Shown here piece after piece: positions 28,201 through 40,200 of a DNA stretch of 64,000 nucleotides; within the stretch, counting starts at the first letter, position 1; every line of letters begins with the position of its first letter. The position numbers and the translations under genes were made by a program. This stretch comes from Narcine bancroftii (lineage: Eukaryota), in assembly GCF_036971445.1 (NCBI RefSeq), contig NC_091475.1, positions 49,352,001 through 49,416,000 of the forward strand. The letters are read 5' to 3'. The notes below the pieces were generated by a model that was not told the DNA's origin, searched no databases, and saw only the letters and a list, made by a program, of their open reading frames with translations.

Positions 28201-31200
28201 AATAATTGTAAAGAGACTGGTATTCCAAGGAAAACTTCCACTGCTCATGACAGAAGAATTCTCATAATAATGAAGAAAAATCCCCAAGCATGTGTCTTGA
28301 TAGATCAGAAAGAGGCAGGTGTGGATGTGTCAATGACTGCTGTCTGCAGAAGACTTCATGAACAGAAATGCAGAGGCTACACTACAAGATTCAAACCACT
28401 AGTTAGCCACAGAAACAGGATAGCCAAATAACAGTTTGCCAGGAAGGACCGGTATTGAAAAGAGCCTGCAAAATTCTGCAAAAGATCTGTGCATAGATGG
28501 GACCAAGATTAATCTGTCTCAGAGTGATGGCAAGAGCAAAGTGTGGAGGCCTAAAGGAACCGCCCAATATCCAAAGCATACCCCCTTTGTCGTGGTTTGC
28601 ATCTTGCAGTGTAGCCTCTGTATTACTATTCATGAGGTCTTCTGGGGATAATAGTCATCAACATATCCACACCTGCCTCTTGAAGACATCATTTTGGGGA
28701 TTTTTCTTCATTATGATGAGAATTCTTCAATCATGAGCAGTGGAGATCTTCCTTGGAATACCAGTCGCTTTGCGATTATTGAACTCACCAGTATGCTCTT
28801 TCTTCTTAATGATGTTCTAGACAGTTGTTTTGATAATCCTAAAGTTTGGGTAATGTCTCTTACTGTTTTATTCTTGTTTTTCAGCCTCATATTCGATTCT
28901 TTGACTTTCATTGGCACAACTCTGATCCTCATGTTGAAAAATGGCAACTACAGACTCCAAAGTTGATCAGAAGCTTAGAAGCAAGCCTAGCTCTCTTATA
29001 CCTGCACCAATGAAGCAATTAAACATACCTGAGTACTCACAAACACCTGTGAAGCCGAATGTCCCAAACATTATGGTCCCCCTAAATGAGGGAACTACCG
29101 CATGTATAAAAAGTGCTGTAATTTCTACATGGTCAAATCAAAATGTTTACAAATAACCTTGAATAAAATCTGGAATGTGCACTTTAATTACATGTGAATA
29201 GATTAAAAACTGTGGAGCACAGGGGCAAATAAAGAAAAAATGGCTCTGTCTGAACATTACAGAAGGGTGTGTGTGTATTTCACACGCATAATATATAGCC
29301 AATTCTGAATCAAGTCACCATGGATTTGGCGTCATCCTAGTATGAGGGACCCTGTCAAATGCTTTGCTAAAGTCCATGTAGATGACATCCACTGTCCAAT
29401 CTTTGTTACTCAAAAAAAAACTCGATGAAGTTTGTAGGATATGATCTTCCTTGCACAAAACCATGCTAAATATCCCATATGAAACCACTCTTTTCAAATG
29501 CAAGTAAATTTTATTCCAGTGCATCATCTCCAATAAATTTTCCACCATTAATATAATGCTCACTGGCCTATTAATTGGCTGGATTATCCCTTGCCCATTT
29601 CAACAAAGGTAAAACATTGGTTTTTCTTCAGTCTTTTGGAATTTCATCTGTGGCTAAAAAAGGTTTCTGTCAAGGCCCCAGCAATCTCCTCTCTTGCCTT
29701 CTTCAATATCCTAGAATTGATACCATCTGAGCCTGTGGCTCATCTGCCTTGGTGTTCAAAGGACCCAATGTCACCTCCTCCGAGCCTAATGCTTTTGATT
29801 GCTATTTTGCACAATATAAAATGTTTTTCAGCTCTCCACAATTATGTCATTACTTATTTTGTATCTTTCAGGGTTGTGGGAGGAATTCGGAAGGCCAGCA
29901 TGCTCTTAAACATTACAATGCGCCACATTCAGATACACATTCTGTCATTCTTAGTTTGGATAACTGGAGTGTATGGTAGGTTCAATATTCCATGTAGAGT
30001 ACCATGCTCATAAAATGTAGCGCATAAATAAAATTTTGATAGTGGATAAATTATCGAGCACCTGATTAAACAATTAGAGGGATACAAAATAGATTCCAGA
30101 ATGACACCAAAGGCAGTCGTGAAATTTACATATTGCCTTCAGATAATTATTATAGGAAGGATGTGATTAAACTAGAGCAGGTACAGAAAAGATTCACAAC
30201 CGTCTTGCCCAGATTGGAGGGTTTGGGTTATAAGGAGCAATAAAGTAGTTCTGTTTTTCCTGGAGTGAAAGAGGCTGAGTGATGACTCAATAAAGGTATA
30301 TAAAATTATGAGAGGAATAGACAGGTTGGATAATCGGTGACTAATTCCCATGGTCGGATTGTCTAAAACTAAAGGACATAGGTTTAACTTGAGAGGGAGG
30401 AAATTTAAATAGCATCTTAGTGGCACATTTTTCAAACAGAGTTGTTTGATATGCTGTTAGAGGAAGTGGTGGAGGCAGGAACAGTAAGAGCACAAAGGGA
30501 TATGGAATTCATGTAGACAAGTCAGATTGGTAGAGATAGGTGTGATGATCAGCAGAAGAGATGTGGGCCAAAAGGCCTGTTACTATGTGTACAATCTGAC
30601 CCTCAAGTGACCGGGATATAGAATTTGAGGGGAAAATATATCTGATAATTTGGTCTACTTATTAAAATAGTATGGGGGATGGAATGTTGGATATTCGGTA
30701 AAAGCATGTGAGAAAGGGTGGATGAAACTGTTTAAGAATATACTAAGTAAAAGTACAGCCATGTGAAGTTGCTAAAAATAAAAATAAAATCAAATTAGAA
30801 TGATTGTGAAGAGCAATAAAATATTCACATTGACTTATGCTTTTAACCACAGGTGCTATTTGTGTGATGATGACGTACATTATGAAGTCAAAGATCAGTT
30901 AGGACAGTTAGTAGGATTTGTCCAAAAAAAGATTGTTGATAAATGCTCTAAAGGTGAGTTATCCAGAAGGTCTTTGAAATGCATAGTTATTCTTTAAATA
31001 TGCAACTGGTAATACTGTACTGCTTCATAATTATCTCCAAATGCAATCACCTGGAAGTTAATGTTCTCCAGAAGACTGCAGAAAAACAATTGCTTTTACC
31101 TGATGAACCAATTTCACTACAGTGCATTGTTACTGAATTGTGAGTGTTGTGGTTAGTTTGATGGCGATTGTTGATGAGAAAGTACAAATCCATCGAGTTT

Positions 31201-34200
31201 TAATTGGTCCATGTTTCTAGTTACAGCTGTACTGTCCCCATCAGATGAAAAAGATAAAGATGAGGGAAAGGAAGACAATGCAACAGAAACTGAGAAAGAA
31301 AAGCTATGGGGAGAGAACAACCAACAGATATCAGTAAAAGGACTCAGCAATCTTGGGAATACATGTTTTTTCAATGCTGTTATACAGGTGATTAACATAA
31401 AATAACTGATTATGGCATCTTTAAAATCTATTAGTCATTCAGTCCATGTTGTTGAGTTAACAGTTTCCATTGTGGATCAAAGCTTACATTAATATCAAAC
31501 TCAGAAAGCAACTTCCTCAATGAATAAAGCAGTTCGTGTCTGGATTCTGAAAAACAGAAAACATTCTGGCAAGGGCTGATGAGTGGCAAGTAAAAATTGC
31601 TCTTAAAAAATGTGACCTATTCTTGATAATCATTGGGATTATTGTTGCTGAGTTCCCTACAATCAATATCTTGTATTTCCCAGGGCAGCAAGAGTAGGTC
31701 AGAGCCTAGTTATTCTGTTGCAAGTAATTTGCCTCCTGATATTCCTCAGCCTTTCCACCATCTACAAGGCACAAATCTGTAGCTTGATGGAATACAGCCT
31801 GGGTGTGTAGCGTCAACAAATCTCAAGAAATGTGATGCCATCCAGGACAAGGAAAACAACTTAATTGGAACCTACCAATTTAAACATGTATTCTCTTCAC
31901 CACTAGTTCACAGTGGCTGTGGAGTGTAACATCCACAAAATACAGGTTACTTAGCAGCTTGCAAGCACATGACCTTTATCACCAAGAAGCACAAAGCAGT
32001 AGGCACATGGGAATGCCATCCCTCTGAATTTTCCTTCAATAGGCAATCTAATTCTAGCCAGTGCTTGAACTCCTTGCCCAACAGCATTATAAGAGTGCCT
32101 TCACAAAACCATGCTCGCTGCCATCTCAGGAGTAGTTAGGAATGGGAAATAAATGCTGGCCTTGCTGAGGTGCCTAGATTCAAAAAAATGAATAAAAAAT
32201 GTAATCATCTAAATCAGATATGGATTGAAAACATCTCACAAAATATTACCACTATAATCACCAACAATTAATTTAATCTGATTTTCTCTCTTCTCAAGAC
32301 TTCATGATGTTTACTCAAAACACAGTGGATATTTTGCTTTTTCTTTTGCTGTAATCAGAACTGCTGTGGGGGTACTTTGTCACAATTTCTAACATTGAAA
32401 TTGATAAACCACATCCTTTATTTCTAAATCCCAGATCTTGTCACAGACTTGTGCACTGAAGGCACTGATTCAGGGAACAAAAATGAATGGAAATACAGCG
32501 ATGGTTATAGCTCCTAATTCTGCAAATCTGGTAGGTACAGCTTGGAAAAGCTTCCATCTGATAATTCTCCAAATCTGGTCGATACAGCCTGGAAAAGCTT
32601 CCATCTAATAATTTGCAAATATTCAATTATAGAAATCGACCATTGCTTTAAGTGTAATAAAAATACCAGTGTGTCTCTATCTTTGGATTTTTCTGAAGTA
32701 TTTTTTCTCCTTGAATTTGTGAATGATTTTGATTGGCATTAAACATAATGGCTCCTAATTGCACATTTCCTTAAGTGATTATTAACAAAATAATTCAAAG
32801 AATCAAACAAATGATGTATTTGGTGAAACTCCTCAATGAAATTACAGGTTAACCATACAAATTAAACTAAGATTAACTATGTGTGGAGCATGAATGAAAA
32901 TGTTTTGCAAAGAATATCTGTTTCCTGAAAGTGGTTTTATCACAGAATTTTATTTCTCCTTTAAAATATATTTGAAACTCAAATATTGAGCTCTCTTGGA
33001 TGTTATGAAAGTATTTGAGTAAAAATCTGAAAATTATGCAATACATTTTTCATATTCAGATTAAAATCCAGGTTATTTCATTCAGTTACAATTTGGCCAC
33101 TGATTTGCATGGTGTTAATCTTTATGAGTCTTCATCAACCATTTAAATTGTGAATCAAAATTGAATTAATGGGCCATCCTCCTGGAACTAGTGGATCGAA
33201 ATAATTGTGCAAAATTTAACTGACTGATTCCTGTGTAGTTTTCACAGTTATTGGTAAAAACAATTTTGAAAAATATCCGTGCAGTTGTCTTCTAAAATCC
33301 TATTAAAATTGAATTTAACTTTAAGTATATTTGTCACAAAATACTTCATAGAGTGAGAAAGTTTCTTCTATGAACAGGCCAACAGATTATATCAAGCATT
33401 ACATTTAGCTGTTTATAATGAAAAGGAAGATCAATTAGACTAAGTGAGGACATCATGAGAGCTCTGTTATGGGGTTCAATCTGGACTTTGATGCTACAGG
33501 GAAGAAACTGTCTTAAGCTTGCTAGTGCATGCTTTCACACTCTTCCTTCTTCTGTCTGGGGTGTAATGGGTCATTCAATATGGTGGCTGCCTTTCCTCGG
33601 AGGTGAGCGTTGTCGATGTCCATGGAGGGAAGGGATTTTTTTTTGTTTATCTGCTCTGAGCTGCACTTACTACCTTAGGTAGTCTTTCAGTCTTGAACAG
33701 AGGTGCTCCCAAAACATCCAACAAGTATGCTTTCAATGGTGTCCTTGTAAAAGTTGTTGAGGGACAAGGGTGACATGCTGAATTTCCTTAGCCTTATAAG
33801 TAGATCTTAATTCCTAAGAACTTTGAAGCAGTTGATTCCATTGACTTCTTTTCCATTGATATGGACATGGGAATGATTCTACCCCCTCTCCTGAATTAAT
33901 GATCATCTCCTTCATCTTATTTACATTGAAAGAGAGGTTGTGACATTTCATTGTTATTCGATACACAGTCCACTACTCTGGTGTTGTTAGCAAATTTGAA
34001 GATGGAGTTGAATGGTATTTAGTTACGCAGTCGTGGGTATAGAGGGAGTGTAGTAGGGGAATGAGAACATATAGCTGAGGAGGCCAGCCTTGATGTTACG
34101 TATTGCAGTCTGTGAGGAAGTCAAAGATGTCTTATGGTGATACATCTTTATAAATGTCTCAAAGAATTGGTTTCTCAGTCATACATTTAAATATATCCCT

Positions 34201-37200
34201 CTGCATTTCTTATTTGTGTGCTTGAAAACATCAGGGAGGTATCACAGCTGGGTATAATTTACGAGTATTTGTATCTTAAATATTTTGAATGTGGAAAAAA
34301 ATCTTATTTTTGGGGTAATTCCCTTAAGCATACTTAGAGTCTAAAAATGATCTTCATGTTCTAGGAAAAGGGATATATTTTATTCCAGATAAACTCTCCT
34401 CCAAAATGTTGGTTATCTTTTGTGTTTCTTTTGCTCTTTAAAGCAACGATTGCATTTGCCCAGATAACAACAACAACTGATGGAAATGTCATTGATTCTA
34501 TTTAAATGGAAGTTTTCAGTTAACATTTTCATTTTTGTTAACTCCATAGGAAATTATATATTTTAACATTTCAAATACTTACATTGAAATTTTGAAATGA
34601 GGAGAGGTTATTAAGGGAGCAGATCAAATTGCTCTTTAAAGTACTAGTACAGTCACAAGGAAAGATAGCCATGGGCCCCAGCTTTGCCTGCCTTTTTTTT
34701 GGCTATGTGAAGCAATCTCGATCTCCCTGTCTCCATCTTGGGTTGGTGGGGGTGGGGGGAAGAAACTCTCAACAGACATTTTCTACAAACCCACAGCTAC
34801 CTCAACTACACCTCTTCACACTGTAAAGATTCTATTTCTTTCTCCCAATTCCTCCGCTCTATCACATCTGCTCCAATGACAAGGTCTTTCATGCTAGGTA
34901 ATCAGGGATGTCCTCCTTCAAACAACATGACTTTCCTTCTACTACCATCAACTCTGCCCTTACCCATATATCCTACATTACCCACACATCTGCCCTGGCC
35001 CCCTCCGCCTCCATGCATAACAGGATTCTCCTTGTCCTTACCTACTACCCCCAATGGTCTTCACATCCAATATTTCATCCTCCAACATTTCTGCCACTTA
35101 CTAACTACATTATCCCACCACCAGATGCATCATCCAAGCCTCTTCCTTCTCCGCCCCCTGCAGGGATTGCTCCCTCTGTGACACCCTTGTTCACTCCTCC
35201 ATTCCCACCATTTGCTCCCTTGGCATCTAGCCCTGTGACCACAGAAGGTGTTCCACTTGCGCATAACCTCCTCCATCACCACCATTTGGGTCCCCAAACA
35301 TTTATTTCAAGTGAAACAACACTTCACTTGTGAAACTGAATGTGTCACCTACTGCATCTGGTTTTACTTTTGTTGTCTCCTTTACATCGGAGATACAGGA
35401 TGCAGACTGGGAGATCACTTCATTGAGCACCTTGGCTCTGTCCACTGCAATAGTGGGGATCTCCCAGTGGCCACCCTTTTCAATTTCCCACCCATTCCCT
35501 TGCCAACATGTCTGTTCATGGTCTCGTGCACTGCCAGGCTGAGACGACCTGAAAATTGTGGGAATAATATCTCATGTTCCCTATGGGCACCCTCCAGCCA
35601 GATGACATTAACATCAACTCCTCCGTCCTCCAATCAATTCTCACCTTTCCTCTCTCCTGGTCTCCTCTTCATATCCAATTAACACCTTTTGACTGTTGGT
35701 CTGTACTCCTCTCCCTGCCCTTTCTTTTAATTCAGGCACCTGCCTGCTTTTTGCTCACCTTGAAGAAGGGCTCAGTTCTGAAACATTGGTTATGTATCTT
35801 TATCTCCTATCAACATCAAGAGACCTGCTGAATTCTTGCAGCATTTCTATGTTTTTACTACAATCACAGCATCTGCAGACTTGCGTGATTCACTGCAAAG
35901 ATTTGAAAGTTTCCTTGAATCAAACTACATAAAAGGATAGAGATTTCTCAGCAAATTTTCTGAGTTTGTTTTGCTTACCAAGCTTTTTGAATATGTAATT
36001 TTAGTTTTGTTTTTAAGATGTATGGGTTTTAATTGAAATTCAGGAACCTCTGGAGATTCACACTGGCCAACTAGGACCACTGTCATCAGCCATGCATCAA
36101 TTTCTTTGTGATATGCAAGACCCTAAAAAGAGCGTTGTTACTCCAAAGGAACTTTTCAGTCAAGTCTGTAAAAAGTGAGTACCTGTATCTGTCACTGTTT
36201 TGGAGCGATGAAGTGTGGTATACTGAATTTGAACAAAAACATTATGCAGTGTTCTCGAAGCATACATTTAAAAATTACACATATAGCTGTTGTAATATTT
36301 AAATGGACTGAAATGCTTTTTTGTTGATCTCTTTTGTACAAGATAAATATGAGTATTGAAACAGCATAAAGGTTCATTCGTGTAGTGTTTTTCACAACAA
36401 ATCTAAAGCACTTTAAAGAAACTGATTTTTTTTCATGTAATTGCAATGGAAAGATAGACAATGTGGTATCCTATAAGCAGCAATGAAATAAGTGACTGAG
36501 AATTCATTTCTACTTTATAAGTTATGAGAAAAGGTGAAGTATGGCAAGACAGCTCACCCAAGTGCAATGTGCAAACTGCCTTAACGAAAGATGTGGATGC
36601 TCTCATTGACTGAGACAGTTGCAGGTGAAAAAACTGTTTTCACCAACTCAGGAATTGTGAGCTAGAATGGCTGAGGATTTCATGGTTTTCCAGGTTCAGG
36701 GGGACCTTAAGAATGTGCAGATGGAGGGAATTGGTGATCACCAGGTAGATGAGGAAGAGCTAAATGGAAGTTCCCTAAGTCCATCTTGCTAACTGTAGTC
36801 TTTCTGCTTTGGATTCTTTTGGGAATACTTCAATTATCTGAAATGGTTGGAACCGGGTTCATTTCGGATAAATGGATTTTTTGGAGAATGGTCATTTTTT
36901 AAAAAACACCGTTTAAACAACAACAAGCAACAAGATAAGGCTTTTAAGCATTAAAATAATGTTTAATTCTCACCAAAAAAATGCTGGCCACCCTGATCAC
37001 CAACACCTTAGTACTGAGGCCCTGCTCATACCGGAAGTCCGAGGTGCACTGCTTTTGGCTTCAGAAACCAGAGGTGCGCTATTGGCGGTGCTGGGAGGCC
37101 AAGGTCCGGTGCTGCTGGTGCCAGGAGGCCGAGGTCCGCTGCTGCCAGAGCCGGGAGGCCAAGGTTCACTGCTGCCAGCGCCGGGAAGCCGAGGTCCACT

Positions 37201-40200
37201 GCTGCTGGTGCCAGGAGCCTGAGGTTCCCGGTAGGTTCGGCTCCAAAAGAATTTTGGATAAATAAGGATTTTAGATATTGTGGTTTATCCAAAAAAAATT
37301 TTTTAAATTTTGAGTAACTGAGGATTTTGGAGAATCCAATTTCAGATAATCAGAATTTTACTGTATCATTTTCTCAAAAAAGTGAAGTCAGAAGCAGAGG
37401 TGTAGCAACATGTTATCTCAGTTGTACAGGAAGGGAAAAGAAGGGACAGAACAATAGTAGGTGGACAAGTGGACATAGCCTAGCCACATGTGACTTCGGG
37501 TGGTATGTTGCTTCTGTGGTCAAGGATGCTAATGGAAAACTGAAGTGTAAGCAGAAAGGAGAGGGTGGATAAAATTGTTGTCTATATTAGTACCAATGAC
37601 AGGTTAGGATGAGATCCCGAAAATAGATCTTGCAGAGCTAGGAAAGCATTTTTGAAAAACACTACCTTAAAGATAAAAGTAGTTACTGAATTAGTCCAAA
37701 TGCCATGGCAGAAGTGGGAGAATAGAACAAGTGAATGCATGACTGAAGGGATGGTTCAAGAAAGAGGAACTTGGATTTCTGGAATTTCAGAATAATTTCT
37801 GGAATAAGTGAGATATGTACAAGTCAGATGGTCCAATATTTTCCATGAGTGGTTTGTTAGTGCTTTTGGGGAGTGTTTAATGAGCTTGATAGGGTAATGG
37901 ATATCTGAGAAGAGTAAGGATGGAGGAAACAAAGCTGAAAGTGTAAGTTGGGAACGTAGTAAGCAAAATAAGAATGCTTTGGAAACAAAGTAAGGAGCAA
38001 ATAGGGTTAAATTACAGAAAAACTGTCTAAAGAACAAAGTTAAAAGCCTATGTCCAAAGTCAACACTGTATCTCCCAAAAGGTTTATGAATCAATAACAC
38101 AAATATTTATGAATGGCCACATCCTAATTGACATCATAGAATTGTGACTGCAGTATGACCAAAGCTGGGAAATATTTGTTTCATGGTATTTAACAAATGG
38201 GAAGCGAAGGCAAATAAGAAAGGTTGAGTAGTGCTGTATATAATGGTGATTTCAGTACAGCAATTTGTTGGAATCTTGGCTCAACAGACGGTGATTTTTG
38301 TTTTTTGGTGGGCGAAGAAGCTGTTGCAGGAAAAAGGCATTTTTGTTGGAGTCGTTCATAGGCTTCAGAAAATAATTGTGATTTCTGGCATAAATGAGGA
38401 AACTATAGTCGACACTTTTTAAAATTCCTCTGCTGTTTCTTTATTCTCCGTTATAACTGTATGTAACAGAGAAAACACTAATCCTGGAGTACTCAACTGT
38501 TATGTGGAATGAATGCTAGATGGATATCAAGATTGATATTCTGAGGGAATATCTAAGTAAGATAAGAAGTAAGGAATTAGACCTCAAATTGGATAAAGTG
38601 CAAAAAAGATTTATTATGATAGCCTTAGCAGTAGCAAAAAAATGTATAATGTCAACTTGGAAAATGGAAGAGAGCCTGAGAGTACAGCAATGGTACATGG
38701 AAATGAATAAATGTATTCCATTGGAAAAAATAACATATAATTAAAAAAATAAAGTCACATTATTTGAACAAATTTGGGAACCGTACATGGAACATAACAG
38801 AGAGGGCTTGCCTTGGACCTCCACCCCCTAAAATGATAAAAAGACAAAACGACTTGATGCAGTGTGTAAAAGTAGATCACACATTTTTCTTGTTTATTTT
38901 TCATTGTGTGATGACATTGTTTAATGGTTTTATTGTATATGTTGAATATTTATTGGTTTTGGAGGGGGGTGGGAATGGGGGAGGGAAGGTAGGGGGGAAA
39001 AAAAGAAGAAAATGCCACTATGTATATTTAATGAGAAACCTTTGTATATATTTTGGTTGATATGGTTCACAGTATGAAAAATAAAAAAAAGATTGATATT
39101 GTGGGGATCTATCAAACAAACAGACAATCGTGGTTGTGTCTGGATGCAGTTCTAAAGGTCCGAGAAGCAATGAGTCTGAACACAATTCTGCCACAGCAAA
39201 GATCTTTATTTATCCACGGGAGTGGGGGTTGGGGGGGGGGCGGGGATGGAGTCGCCTCAGGGATCACTCACATACCTAATGAAACAAGGTACTCACAATA
39301 TGCTCGCATCAGACACAACTAACAGCCGGCGCTCACTACTAATCGTGGACTGTTAAATACAGTGAAAAGATGAAACAATAGTACCCATCACCCTTTAGAG
39401 GCAGCACGGTTGGTGTAGCGGTTAGCACGACACCTTTTCGGCAACAGCAATTGGGACCTTGGTTCAGATCCCAAGGTATCTCTAAGGGGTTTGTATGTTC
39501 TCCCCATGTCTGTGTGGGTTTTCCCTAGGGGCTCTGGTTTCCTCCCACCATTAGAAACATACTGGAGTCATAGGTTAATTGGGTGTAAATTGGAAATGCT
39601 ATATGTTACTATGCTATATGTCTAAATTTAAAAAATAAATACAAAAAAATTTAATCTGGTGCAGGCATGGCACCCTGATGAGTAAGGAAAAGTATTTTAC
39701 AGTCATTGTTGCAAAATGGGCACAATATTGATTCTGCACATGCAACTTGATAAGAACTTGACCAGCACATATCTTGCAAATAACTCTCCATTGTCACAGC
39801 TCGCTATTTGGAGTGGAGCACGGGTTTGTTCCCAGAGAAAAAGAGAACCAGCTGCTCCACGTGTTAGGCTTTATATCCCAGACGGCCAGTGGGGCTGGCT
39901 CAGGTATACCCAAAATAGGGCAGATGATTAGGGAGCCAGTGGTGAAGTGTGTATCCATTCAAAGGAGCCATTTGGAAGCTGTGTGCTCACCTGTGGGTTT
40001 GCTTGACGTTGATTGGTAGGTGTGGTGACATCCAACTAGGTTCCCCCAGAAAGGTGACATGACTCTATACTAAAGAGGCCCCACAGACGGTAAAAAGCAA
40101 TGGCTAGCATTTTTTAAAATTGCATGATAGTCAAAAAATACATACAGTATTTAATACACAACATACCAGAGAAATGGTCCAACCCTAATTGACAGGAGAA

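Noticed and set aside
36959-37292. Repetitive Cys-rich and Gly/Pro-rich ORFs
   Set aside because: Translation of a 30-bp minisatellite; no splice or homology support.
39399-39480. tRNA-like A and B boxes
   Set aside because: Head of a SINE, followed by the SINE core; no complete cloverleaf.
39792-40030. TGTCAC...GTGACA segment resembling a small solo LTR
   Set aside because: Flanks match only imperfectly (tccat/tccaa) and a second possible end exists at 40059; not supportable without a search.
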